Assembly: GCA_030141605.1 (NCBI GenBank)
Contig: JAQGDQ010000163.1
Span: forward strand, 1-64,000
Length of the DNA: 64,000 nucleotides
Direction: 5' to 3'
Source of the DNA: Tubiluchus corallicola
Lineage: Eukaryota > Animalia > Priapulida
Below, one piece after another: positions 12,294 to 23,758 of this stretch. The notes below the pieces were generated by a model. The model did no database searches. It was not told where the DNA came from and worked only from the letters and a program-made list of their open reading frames with translations. The number at the start of each line of letters is the position of its first letter. The first letter of the stretch is position 1. A program made the position numbers and the translations under genes.

Positions 12294-15136
12294 ATGGAGA
12301 AACTCATTGTGATTTTTCTTGTAGCTGCTGTCAGGTAAGTCTACGTCAACCACTGTACCAAAGAATTGAGAAATTCATTTTGATTTCACTTGTAAAAAGT
12401 CACAGGTTAAAAAAATTGTGAAAAGGTCGGGAAAAAAGAAAGGCAGGAGTCTACAGTTCCCCACACAGTCTAAGTACCCTAACTCTAACCGGACCCTAAT
12501 TCTAACCGTAATCTTAATTTACTTCTCGAACTATTTTCTTGTGTGTGGAAAATTGTAAACTTTAGCCAAATGAAATAAGTCTAACCCTAGCCCCTATTCA
12601 TAACCTAACCCTAAAATATAGAATTAAACATGTTTTTTCACATACCTAACTACCATCAGTAGGGTAGTGAATATGTACTAGTCATGTATTTCCAGTTAAT
12701 AACTGATTCAAAATATTTTGCATTTTATTGCTTTAACTGGTACTTAAGTAATTTCTGGCTGATTTGAATATTTTTATTTGATTACTTCTTTCCTAGCCAA
12801 AATTGTGACTTTTTTCTGTGACATTTTCCTAGCCAAAAAGGTGTGACTTTTTTCTGTGATTTTTTTACATGTGACTTCATTATTGGTCACCTACTAAACA
12901 CAGGTACCATTGCCTCTGATGTGACACGCGCACATATATATTTACAACCTACATGAGAGAGGACAAGAGAAACAACTAAAGAGAAAGGATGTGTTTTAAT
13001 TTTATCATAAACGAATGTCCCAACTGCCAAGAATGACCAAGTTACTGCCAGTCAAGCAAATTATTCCGTCTTCTTCTAGCGTCAAGAAAAATTTCTCATA
13101 TTTTCAGCATCCAGTTTGCCAAAGGCCGGGTAGACTGTCGATGCCAAATACCACGAGGAGTGGCAGACCCAGATGCTGAAGATGGATTTAGAGTTGAATT
13201 TGTGGACGTGTGCACACATCCAGATTACAACTGGGGTAAAACGGCATGTGAGTGTTGCCCACGACCGCTTGCAAGAGACGTATGCGACTGCTGCGACGTT
13301 TGCGGTGTGGTAAGTAAGAGGCAACAAATTTAAATTAACTTTACTAACATCAGTCTTTATCCTGCCTTTATCTTTATAACAATTCTGCTAAAATTAGGAC
13401 ATGTTTTTACTAAGTGACCAAAGTTAAATAACATTGGGCATGACTAGTAAATGGAAGGTAATTATAAATGCGGAGCAGTTCGATTATAATTACTGAGGTT
13501 ATATTGGAGCTGTGTTCATTGGTGGTTGAGGCTTAAATACATATTGAAAACTTATTGATGGGTTTATTTCGCCAGTCAGCACAAAAAAGCAAGTAAACAA
13601 AGAAAAGTACATTAAAGCAATCAACGTGTGCTATCGCTCCCTCCTCAGCGCAGAGTTCCTGACCTATTCGCAAACAACACAAGTGCGCACGCAGCCAAAA
13701 CTCAGAAGAATTGCGCGCTGGTGCCATCATCCAGGTAACGCCCTAAACTCATAGCAGTTACTCAGCTCCCCAAATTAGCTTAAATATTAATAGCTAATTT
13801 CTAAACTGTACACTCAAAATAGTAACAAATGGCGCCTAGAAACTTGAGAACATGCACAAAATAGTGCAACAAAACCTTCCCAAATGTAATTACTACCTAA
13901 GTACGAACATTGGAATCACATGAGGATTGAAACAACAAATGTGCCACCATAACATATTTGGATTTCATCGTTCTGCTAAAATCGGGGTGAGTTTTTACTA
14001 AGCGACCAAAGTTAACTAACATTGGGCATGAGTAGTAAATGGAAGGTAATAATCGGGAAATTACTTCTGGGCAAGAAAAAATGGGTTCTCATTCTGTAGC
14101 TGCTGTTGCAGACTATTTATCTTCTTCAAGGAGAATGTAAGTGTGTCTCATCTTAGAGGTCTATACACTCCATCCTTGATAAGTGTTAAGTTGCCGTCCT
14201 GCCTCAAACGTCCAGATCATAAATGGATGTTGTCATTGAGTACTGGATTCTACTTTGCCTTCTGGTGAACTATGAACATGTAGAAAACACATCCCTGTTA
14301 AGAAAACAATACGGTTAGAATAAGATAATTGAGCTGCCCTGACTTAGCTAAGCTGACGAGACATCTTAGGCATGTCAAGTGAGATGGTGGGATGAGACAT
14401 GTTGAGATCATAAGCTACGATAAAATGAGCCACGCAGGGCCTATTTCAGCCTAGGCGAGGCCCGGGGAAGTGGGGCGTGTGAGGCCCCATCGGGGGGGGC
14501 GCTACCATGGTTGGCGCCCAGAAAATTTTTGAACTGCTAGAACGTCGGAGAAGCATTTTCAAAGAGAAAATATGGAGTTATACAGTTGTTAAAGGAAAGA
14601 ACAATTGAAAGAAAAACTGCTCAAGACCAGTCCTTAATACTTGTCAATACTGGCACGCGGCGAGCTTGCGGCAAGAGAGGGAGAGAGGTGGCAGTATGTT
14701 CGCATAAAGCAAAAAAAATGTTACCTTGGCGCGAGGCCCCGGGGAAGTATCCCCACTCCCCCCCCCTTGAAATAGGCCGTGGAGCCTATTTAGATAAAGT
14801 AGTACTGCGGTAATGAGCAGAGATGAAATGAAGCGAGGTAAAGAAAAAACAAACCATCAAATGAGACGAGAAGAGAAAATTACTTTACCCATTAATTACT
14901 TTTATTAACATTATGATAAGTTTTTTCACAGTCTCATGTCATTTATGGTAGTCCTACAGTGTAAGAAATGAACACAAAATCACCACACATTTTGACATTG
15001 GGCCTAAAGATTTTGATTCTCAATATTACAGGTCGAAGGAGATGAGTGTACACTAGTACCTCTTGCTGGACAACCATTTGGCTGCACAGATGGCTCTGAA
15101 TGTACAGAAGTTGATGGACAGTCTATATGTGTGTAG
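12294..15136 (+). CDS. Secreted Cys-rich single IGFBP-like-domain protein, paralogue B (115 aa; exons 12294-12334, 13108-13309, 15032-15136)
   Basis: Same intron phases and the same 202- and 105-nt exons as paralogue A. MEKLIVIFLVAAVSIQFAKGRVDCRCQIPRGVADPDAEDGFRVEFVDVCTHPDYNWGKTACECCPRPLARDVCDCCDVCGVVEGDECTLVPLAGQPFGCTDGSECTEVDGQSICV*. 71/102 residues identical to A over exons 2-3 (hand count). Confidence 0.88.
12447..12567. mobile_element. Short inverted-repeat element with internal degenerate (CCCTAA)n, copy 1
   Basis: Imperfect 20-bp inverted arms (12448-12467 and 12542-12561) around ccctaactctaacc...; an inverted homologous copy lies at 33788-33910. Confidence 0.6.
13383..14050. repeat. 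About 80-bp direct repeat pair (13383-13462 and 13971-14050) in an intron of paralogue B
   Basis: ttctgctaaaat...gtttttactaag(t/c)gaccaaagttaa(a/c)taacattgggcatga(c/g)tagtaaatggaaggtaat occurs twice. Confidence 0.85.
14435..14781. mobile_element. GC-rich MITE, probably hAT-type
   Basis: TIRs CAGGGCCTATTTCA / TGAAATAGGCCGTG (1 mismatch), degenerate flanking 8-mers GAGCCACG / GAGCCTAT, and an internal repeat gcgaggccc(c)ggggaagt present twice. Confidence 0.65.
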
Positions 15137-17155
15137 ATGCTGCTGCACTTTAGTTTTTATAAGCTTAGCATTTCTTTGTCTCTCAGGCATAGATCTGTGT
15201 AATTAATGTGTAGTATGTGTCCATTTTATATGAATTACATTGTTAAAATTTGAGTACGCATGCAAGTAATATTCCACAAAAAATTGTTGCATTTTTTTAT
15301 AGACACAAAACACAAATGTATATATACTGTATATATGGACATTGTGCTTACATGAATTGATGATGATGATGACAATAAATCTTTTATTGAAAATAAATAA
15401 ATATTTACAGAGGTGTTTCTGTTTGCATGAAAAGATTGGCCTACTGTCAAATGTAAGCATAGGAGAATTAAATTTTTGTTAATGGGCTAACAATAGGCCC
15501 TACTGTTTTGTGATATGTATACAACACATTTACAATATCTGCATGCTATTTTACTATGTATCAACACATGCAGTCACGATGTGCTGAAAGATCTAGAAAT
15601 ATTTACATGAAACTATAAGCATTATACTTTTAATGGGAATAAGAACTGTACATTTCATTGACTTACGTTATAAAATTAAAAATAACCTCAACACCTTACG
15701 CACATTACCACAAAGTAAAAATGATGAATGAAGTTATAGCCAGATGCTTTACTACTAGTAAAGACAATAAGATCAATTTAGCAAAAGAAACACGCAAATA
15801 AAGTTAACACAAACTGTATCAAACTGTACTCAAGCCTACTCAAAGGCTTAAAATATATATGCAATACATTTTAATAGAAATGGTTTGTAAATACAAAGGT
15901 TCTAGTAAATCTAATGAGAGGAAAGACGAAATGCATTTGGGGCCCATCCAAGTTTCTAATTTGTCTATTAGCAATTGTAGGATGGTCACAAATGCACGCG
16001 CATACATCCTCACCTATGTTAGCTCTTGACGGGCAATTGTTCTTATTGAACACAAGTTCCTATAAGAATTAAAAAAATTGCAGTCAACAGACTTTACCGT
16101 GACCTTCACTTACGTACATTGGTCCATGTGAAGTGTGAATTCTCATTAGCTTTTATATTGCACTACCCGAAAATTTATTATGAAGCCTCGATTTCAAAAC
16201 TACAGTTTAGACCGACAAATCCTCCCACAATAACTGTTATAAAGTTTCAGATTTTGTTGCTGTTTGGTAGTGAATTTTAAACCAAAAATAGTTAACATGA
16301 TATTAATCGAAAAAAGCACGTTGCTACAAGTTGTGTGACCAAAAACCATAAAGGCCTATGATAAAATTAAAGTTATACTGGACCCCCAAATGCCCAAACA
16401 GCGGTTTCACAGGCTCTCTTTTCAAAGATTCCAGAAAACGGGCTTTACTATCACAAAGTCAAAATAATAGTGACCAAGCCAATTTTTATTAAACGCAATA
16501 TTTCTAAGCTCGTAAAACCCACCTTGTCCCTTACCCTCATTACCTATTTATTCGTTTGTATGTTTATTCTAATCAGTTTTTCTGCTTCATTAATACCAAA
16601 ATAATCTTCTTTCATCTACGCATCTTCTTCACCTGCTAATGCACTATTTGCAAATGAACACTTAAAGGTTCAGTGCTGTTTTCAATATATTTGCTACAAG
16701 TAAATAAATGTTCTGTTTTTGCTAATTCATTATTGCAATTCAGGGCACAATTAATTCCTTACAATTGATGGCCTTATGCGTATTTGCTTTTATTTTTACC
16801 ATAATTATGAAGTCTAAAATTCAAATTATTTTTGCCTCTACACAGAATTGTGAAATTATGCTCCCGTTTAACTTTTTGATTGTTTGCCAGAAATCTTAAT
16901 TTTGTGCTCTTATTCACATTTTCGTTGAATTTGTCTTTTATTACAGATGTTTTCCATTTCATTATACCAACTCCAAAACTTTATTGTCCAATCCTGAAAT
17001 CCAAAGGTTCTGTGAAACGCACCTTTTTTGTAGCAAGTACGTATGCTTTTAATAAAATTATAGTGTGTCTGTTAACAACATCGAATTGATCTTTCTAAAC
17101 AACTTTTGCGTCTATAGATGGCGGTAATGCACTGTTACTGAAACACGTGGAAAGC

Positions 17156-18781
17156 ATGGCATTGAGGATTTTGCGTTACTCTCATAAGTTGCAAGCAAAT
17201 TTTCATCATTTCTTTTTTAGTAAATTGTATTTGTCAACCAACGCAATGTTGGTTGAAAGTGCACAGTATTCATGGTTGAAGGAACTTGGTCTCAGTTCTG
17301 AAAATTGTGGTGTATACTTCGGAAAGTGGACGGGTAATGGCAATGTAGTTACGTCTTATAGCCCTGCCAGTGGTGAAGCAATAGCCAACGTTACTGAAGG
17401 TAATTTGACTGACTACAATAACGCAGTTGGTGCTGCAATGGATGCGTGGAAAATTTGGGCAGATGTACCTGCACCGAAACGTGGTGAAATCGTGCGACAG
17501 ATTGGTGACGCACTTCGAGAAAAAATTACACTGTTGGGAAATTTGGAAAGCTTGGAAAACGGAAAGATTGCAGCTGAGGGCAAGGGTGAAGTGCAGGAGT
17601 ATGTTGACATATGTGATTATGCTGTCGGACTGTCACGCATGTTTTCTGGAAAGGTCATACCATCAGAAAGGCCTGGACATGCTTTACTCGAAGTATGGAA
17701 TCCGCTTGGCACAATAGGAATTATTACTGCGTTTAATTTTCCAGTAGCAGTGTATGGTTGGAATAGTGCTATTGCTATGGTGTGTGGTAATACAATGGTG
17801 TGGAAAGGAGCTCCAACTACACCGTTAACGAGCATTGCAATTAGCAAAATCACATCTGCGGTACTTGAACGAAATGGCTTACCCGGAGCTGTATGTTCAC
17901 TTGTCTGCGGTGGTGCTGAAATTGGTGAAGCCATGGCAAAAGATGAACGCTTGCCATTAGTTTCGTTCACTGGCAGCACAGCAGTAGGTAAAAAAGTGGC
18001 ACTTTCTGTCCAGGAAAGGTTCGGGAAGTGTCTTTTAGAACTAGGTGGAAACAATGCTGTCATTGTTCTTGAGGATGCAGATCTTGACATGGTGGTACCA
18101 GCTGTAACATTTGCTGCTGTTGGCACAGCTGGCCAGCGATGTACTACAGCTCGCAGGCTGATCGTCCACGAAAAGTTGTATGATGCCGTCGTGGAACGAG
18201 TAAAGAAAGCATATGCACAGATCTGCCCTGGTCGAATGGGTGATCCCTTAAATGAAAAAACGCTTTACGGTCCGCTGCACACTAATGAAGCAGTAGCACA
18301 ATATCTCAAGGCTATAGAAGATGCAAAGTCACAGGGTGGTGCTGTGATATTTGGTGGGAAGGTAATAGACAGGCCCGGATACTTCGTTGAACCAACTATC
18401 GTCACTGGTCTGGCCCACGATGCTGAGATTGTTAAGCGAGAAACGTTTGCCCCAATTCTGTACATCCTGAAGACATCAGGTATCAATGAAGCCATTACCT
18501 ATAACAATGAGGTCTCTCAAGGTTTATCAAGCAGTCTGTTTACGCAAAACCTTGCAAATGTGTTTAAATGGATGGGGCCATTTGGATCAGACTGTGGCAT
18601 CGTTAACGTGAATATTCCCACGAGTGGAGCAGAAATCGGGGGTGCATTTGGTGGAGAGAAGCACACCGGCGGTGGGCGCGAATCGGGTAGCGATGCCTGG
18701 AAGCAGTACGTGAGGCGGTCAACTTGTACTATAAATTACTCCAAAGATCTGCCTCTGGCACAAGGAATCAAGTTTGAGTAG
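17156..18781 (+). CDS. ALDH7A1: Alpha-aminoadipic semialdehyde dehydrogenase (antiquitin), single-exon CDS
   Basis: Uninterrupted ORF with first ATG at 17156 (the track's 17147 is GTG). Family motifs [32 protein letters not shown] (catalytic Glu), AGQRCTT (catalytic Cys), [42 protein letters not shown], and the C-terminus [10 protein letters not shown]. Confidence 0.97.
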   Translation: MALRILRYSHKLQANFHHFFFSKLYLSTNAMLVESAQYSWLKELGLSSENCGVYFGKWTGNGNVVTSYSPASGEAIANVTEGNLTDYNNAVGAAMDAWKIWADVPAPKRGEIVRQIGDALREKITLLGNLESLENGKIAAEGKGEVQEYVDICDYAVGLSRMFSGKVIPSERPGHALLEVWNPLGTIGIITAFNFPVAVYGWNSAIAMVCGNTMVWKGAPTTPLTSIAISKITSAVLERNGLPGAVCSLVCGGAEIGEAMAKDERLPLVSFTGSTAVGKKVALSVQERFGKCLLELGGNNAVIVLEDADLDMVVPAVTFAAVGTAGQRCTTARRLIVHEKLYDAVVERVKKAYAQICPGRMGDPLNEKTLYGPLHTNEAVAQYLKAIEDAKSQGGAVIFGGKVIDRPGYFVEPTIVTGLAHDAEIVKRETFAPILYILKTSGINEAITYNNEVSQGLSSSLFTQNLANVFKWMGPFGSDCGIVNVNIPTSGAEIGGAFGGEKHTGGGRESGSDAWKQYVRRSTCTINYSKDLPLAQGIKFE

Positions 18782-19385
18782 AAGCTTCATAGACATAATG
18801 GGTGTGTCATCTCAGTTATCCTTTCCAAGTCTGACAACATTCTCCTCTTCTAGAATAGGAAAGTTAGGGATCTATTTTATGGAGGTATAGTCCCTTTTTT
18901 ATATTCAGGAAAATCAGTGAAACCTTGTGTTAGTGAGATGTGGACCTGCAGCCATTTACGCTAGTCAAATGTTTGTCATTCAATTTTTATTATAAAATCT
19001 TCTAAATAGACACTGTGAAATGTAAATTTTTTCTCCATTTTTGCACAGTGCAGTTTCATTGTAGCTAAAATAATGTAACTCAAACTATAGATTATAGTGA
19101 ATAATTAACCATGAAAACAAGCATGTGCTGCTATCTGTCGGGCAGCTAATTACACATTTGTCACAAGGAAATACAGATATAAACCATGTTTTTACTTATG
19201 TAAATTTCTTCTATTTACAACCTATGTTCTGTAGGCCTCTTGCAACTAGTTACTCTTTTTTCGATATTATTTGGTTTTCTAGTAAAATAACAACCTTTTT
19301 TACTCTTGGTTGCAAAGATCATGATTATTTTTATCTACGAGATTTTGTTAGACATCAAGGCTACATTTTACCAAAAAGTTGAACA

Positions 19386-19391
19386 AATAAA
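19386..19391 (+). terminator. Putative ALDH7A1 polyadenylation signal
   Basis: First AATAAA noticed downstream of the stop codon (about 600 nt), followed by GT-rich sequence. Confidence 0.45.
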
Positions 19392-22300
19392 ATAGTTGTT
19401 ACTGCTTGCATATGTGTGCTACAAAGTTGTGCATTATTTCATTGCAAGGAACAAATGCACTCAGCTTCAATTGAAACATGTTTGGTTGTGTTAAAATGCA
19501 CAGAATTAAGATTGTGCTTAAACTAGTGGAGACATGTTTAGTAACTGGAGTTCATAATAGTAATGTTGATCCAAAAAGAAACCAAGATAAAGTTACAAAC
19601 CAGTGATTTTATAAAAGGACTGTATTGCTTATCACTTTATGACTATTTTTAGTCTTAGCTTTCATAAAAAAATCATGAGGCAGTGATTGTTCTTATTTCT
19701 AATATTTATTGTTTCCAATTTTTTATGTTAACAATAGTTTTTCTTAATTTGCTTATCAAATAAATGTTCTATCAGTTTATTTGTTCTTGAATATTACAAG
19801 ATTTAGTACAGCACAATAAATCAACTCACCAGGCCTCACTAACCAATAATAGTTGACACTAGCAACAAAACAATGTGAGAGGCCCGGAGGAAATATACAA
19901 TTTCAGTGATAAAAATGGAATGGCACAAAATAAATTTTTGTAGTATCAAATTCTACTGCTTTTACGATCATGTTTCATCAATAGTTCAGAAAATAGCAAT
20001 CCTATATCTACAGAGTATCCAGTGATTAAAGTTTTGGCACTAATATGACACGTTACTATACTGTAGGTTTAGCAATGCTCTTTAACATGACAAATAATAA
20101 CAAATTCATCTTTGCAATGCTACATGTCTTGCCAAAAAATTGATTGTCCAGAAAAATTTAAAATTCACCAAAAAATACAATACAACCACATCACATAAGG
20201 TGTTTTGACAAAATGTTTGGTGCTTGGAATAGATAAGTAAAGCAGTAATAGATATTTCAATTAAATCATAAATGAATCATAATAGATTTTTAATGATGAA
20301 ACTGACAGTATGCGTATTGCCTGTTCATCAAATTTTTATAAGCTATGCAAAGTACACATAAGTACTTGGACCCTGTATTCACCATAGCTACAAGTAATTT
20401 TTGTTAAACTCACGAACCAATAATTAATGATTAAAATTGCAAAAGGTCCCAATTTCAAACAAAAAAGTCAGTAAAGCTGAAGTGCCACATATACACGTAA
20501 CAGAAATGCATGTATGTTCACAAAAACAGAAGGTTAACATGCAATACTGAAGTAGGATGCAATAGTTTTGATGCATGTAATTTTAACAACAGAAACAATA
20601 AACTAGATTACCATATAATTAATACACTGCTGGATTAAGAATGTTACACTGCACTCCCGAAAGTTTTTAAAATGTAAATACCTTTTCTACTACAATAAAC
20701 AATATGTTGCAAAAGACAACATAAAGTCAGAATTGTTGCTTTGCTCATTTTTTTAAATAAAATTTAAATTTGAAATGAAAATAACAATCATACCCTTTTT
20801 TTATAAAGCGTCCAGTGTGTGTTTGGATAAAAATCAGACTAACAACTTTTAGTTTAAAACTTTGAATCCAACTGGAACTATGCAGCAGGTACTTCATAAA
20901 AGCGCAAGATTTGAACAATAGATGGCACCAGTTTCCACCAGTCTTACTATTTTATGCTAGACAAAAATTCTGTTCACAAGCACAAAATATTGCTTTTTGT
21001 AATTCACAATTTCAATTTGAAAATTTACAAAATAAAAATTAATTTAGATTACCTCTAAAAAGAACTAATGGCTTGTATGGTTATACAACTTCATGTAAAC
21101 AATTTTAATTAGTACTTTAACAATACGTGCAACAATTACTCAGTAATCACGAAACACCAATAATACAATTTCTCTATAAAAATAGGAAGGTTCTAAAATT
21201 GGTAAAAACACACGCTTCTCCTCACACCATCGGTCAAAAAACAATCAGTTTATCAAGCTATAAAGCAGTGAAAAAAATGCACCAACCTGCTAACAAGCCG
21301 CAAATACTTTACAATTCCTTATACGAAGGTTGAATAAAAACTAATAAACGGTAACACCTTATCAGTACAATTAATTGTATGACACAAAAGTGATAGACAG
21401 ATTCAAGGGTTAATGATCCCCACTGTTCAGTTAAGTTACAGAGTTACTCACATACTTATGTAAGTAAAGTTACATTAAAATAATAAACATACTCGAAATC
21501 TGGTGGAGCATAACACTCGTATGCGGAAAAGTTACTTTTTGCATCAAATTATGTACATGGTGTTCCAAAAGAACCTGAGAAGTAGAAATATACAAAAACC
21601 AAGTTATATGCTAGCAAACTTGGAGTCAAGTAAATACAGTCAAACCTCATTATAACACTCCCTAATACAATGTTAACCTCGCTTAATGCCTAGATTTTTG
21701 GCAGAAGAAAATGTCAACATTTACATAGACATGTATATATTCAATGCACCTATCTTAAACAAAATAACAAAGCACCCGACTTGATGAACATGTCCATGTT
21801 TTTCATAACATGCAGAATTTCTGTGGTTTGTCTGCGACCAACAGATACTGTAGTATAATATCTATATGCAACCGCAATTCGTCAAAATATACAATATGGT
21901 TAGCATATATCAGAATATATTTCCAGTACAATGTTTTTTTCTGGGACACCATGTAGAATTTGTGAAGACGATAATCTGGAAATGCCATCTAGCAACTATC
22001 AATTACATATAAGCATTATTGAAGCAGTCAGCACCCCTCATATCGTTGCAAAAGTAAACATAACTCACGTTCGCCAGTGTCACGTATCGTTCACATGTCA
22101 CGTATTATAATTGAATTTATAGAAAGCAATATATACATAAAGTAAAACTATTCATAGTTCATTATTTTTGCTTCAACCACGTCATTGATAATCAATAATG
22201 ACGACGCTAAAACTCATGGGACTTAGTAGAGTTTCTAAACATTCTATATATTCAGACTGTGAAGTTAAGAAAAATTCACAAAAAAATTACAACTGTGCAG

Positions 22301-22855
22301 TTACCTGATTCAAAATTGCTAAGAAAAATTAAAATGCCTGGTTGCAACATCCCTGATGTTTAACAAAAACAAAACATTACTAAACTGCCAAATTTTATTG
22401 TTTTATAGGAATTAGTGGTACAAAGGATAAGGAAATGTAGTTAAAATTATTAAAAAAAGAAAATTTAATATAATTATAATATAACACATAATTATCCATA
22501 AACTTAGGAATTGATAAGCAAGAAAACACTAGCTAATGAAATAACATTTTAACTACAAGTTCATAATCACACACCTGTTACTATGGTTACAAACAAGCAA
22601 AGGGATAATAACAAAGCTATCAAAAAGCTCTTTTGTAAATTCCTCGCATCCACAAAATAAAATGAAAAATACCTGACAAAGAGAAATGAACAAGAGCTTC
22701 CATAATGAATTCGTGTATCTAAATACATGTACTAATAAAATAACAGGCTCCGAAGATGTGCATCCAAAGGATAAAATCGCAGCGGTGCGGCAAAATGGCA
22801 TTGGTGTGAATGCAAGTGTGGGCAGTGAGATACAACGGTCAAGGATGGCTATCGG

Positions 22856-22905
22856 TCAGTTCTGGTCAGTACTATCCGTCTCCATTTCTTCTTCCACTAG
22901 AGAGC
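22856..22905 (-). CDS. MAPKAPK2: MAPKAPK2/3 putative terminal coding exon 11
   Basis: Acceptor tttttcatttccag|, phase 1, matching donor ACAG|gtttgg at 25400; encodes GSLVEEEMETDSTDQN*. Confidence 0.65.
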
Positions 22906-23620
22906 CTGGAAATGAAAAAATCATAATTTGATTTAATTCACAAATAAGCAAAACTAAGATACTGACAAGTTGGGTAAAAGTTCAACTCATTTTTCTTTCT
23001 GTTTCCATCATGCTGCTACTCACAATTCTCATCCACAAATTTTACGCGATAAATGCTGCTAACACCAATGAAAAAATTTAAAGTAAAATGCAATGAAAAA
23101 ATGACAAAAAAATCTCATTTGATGGCTAGAACAAAATGTTTCTGGAAACTGTTAGCGAATATATCACTACACCAGCCTTAACTAATCTCAGCTGATTGGC
23201 CTCTGACCTTGAGTGGTCACTTAGCCTTGTTTTGGGCGATTTAGGTTAAAAAAAACTTTTACTTTTCTAATAGGTTAGTTCACTAACAAGCTAGTGAAAA
23301 CATCTTACCAATCTGCTCAAAAAACTTGCTGAAAATGTGCCAAGAATGTAGATGCACAGTGACGGTCAAGCACTACTCTTTAACATGTTTAACAGGTGCA
23401 TTTATATTAGAAATGCAATAAAAGCACTTTTTGAGTTCATATAACAACAAAAACGATATTTTAACTGTGAGGAATGATTTGTATAAATAAATATGATTTG
23501 TACAAATAATTATATGAATTCGAATGATAAGTACTTGGAAGACAGTAAAATTTTGTTAGAATGAAACAAAATAAACTGAAATTACTTGACAAAGACATGC
23601 ATTCAGTATCAGAGCATGCA

Positions 23621-23758
23621 AATATGTTGATGTTGATTATAGGACAGGTACAGTTATTTTTCAAATTTTTCAAGCACTCTAAAATAAAAATATGTTGATG
23701 TTGATTATAGGACAGGTACAGTTATTTTTCAAATTTTTCAAGCACTCTAAAATAAAAA
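23621..23758. repeat. Perfect tandem duplication of about 69 bp
   Basis: aatatgttgatgttgattataggacaggtacagttatttttcaaatttttcaagcactctaaaataaaa occurs twice in tandem. Confidence 0.9.

Noticed and set aside
17413-18495. Antisense and alternative-frame ORFs within ALDH7A1
   Set aside because: Shadow ORFs of a real CDS.
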